Source: an uncultured Actinomycetota bacterium (GTDB lineage Bacteria > Actinomycetota > Actinomycetes > JAHEKZ01). From it: a stretch of 64,000 bases of DNA. The stretch spans positions 296,721-360,720 of the forward strand of contig CAVQHW010000001.1 of the NCBI GenBank assembly GCA_963712425.1. The letters run 5' to 3'. The notes under the pieces are model-generated. The model was given only the letters and a program-made list of their open reading frames with translations, made no database searches and had not been told where the DNA came from. Each line of letters begins with the position of its first letter. Position 1 is the first letter of the stretch. Both the position numbers and the translations under genes were made by a program. Of this stretch, positions 63,857 to 64,000 are shown one piece after another.

Positions 63857-64000
63857 GGGCCCCCCGCCCTGCGGGGGTGTCACCTTTCAATCGGGGACGA
63901 TGCGGTCACCATGCTAGGCGCCTCACCTCGGCTCACCCAGGTGGCCAGGTAAAGGGTCGCCCAGCCATCACGTGAGCGTGCACGTGGAACACCGACTGAC

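Overview
High-GC actinobacterial chromosome segment, probably a long-read or metagenomic assembly, because about a dozen genes (core and accessory) carry single-base frameshifts. The right half (35.4-64 kb) is mostly conserved core: phoH-ybeY-hlyC/corC-cdd-like-era, leuA with its leader peptide and LEU element, recO, uppS, znuACB-zur with a Zur box, glyQS, dusB, ppdK, dgt, dnaG and tRNA-Asn. The left half, between tRNA-Ile2(CAT) at 57-130 and tRNA-Asn(GTT) at 35415-35487, is accessory. It holds (i) a divergent urease paralogue (ureAB fusion plus ureC) with altered substrate-pocket residues and no accessory genes, convergent with a polyamine-type ABC transporter and an amidohydrolase; (ii) a Crp / adenylate cyclase-STAND-TPR / secreted protein / Crp module; (iii) an orphan adenine methyltransferase, a membrane protease, a two-component system, an MFS pump and a nitrilase; and (iv) an islet (29.2-35.4 kb) of small genes. 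The islet contains two tandem paralogous ~80-aa unknown proteins, four lipoproteins, and an ECF sigma/anti-sigma pair bracketed by an exact 27-bp direct repeat resembling the anticodon-loop region of tRNA-Pro(GGG). No integrase, transposase, CRISPR array or rRNA was seen. The best candidates for undescribed biology are the urease-paralogue/polyamine module and the repeat-bounded sigma cassette. Family assignments are from motif recognition only; no database searches were run.
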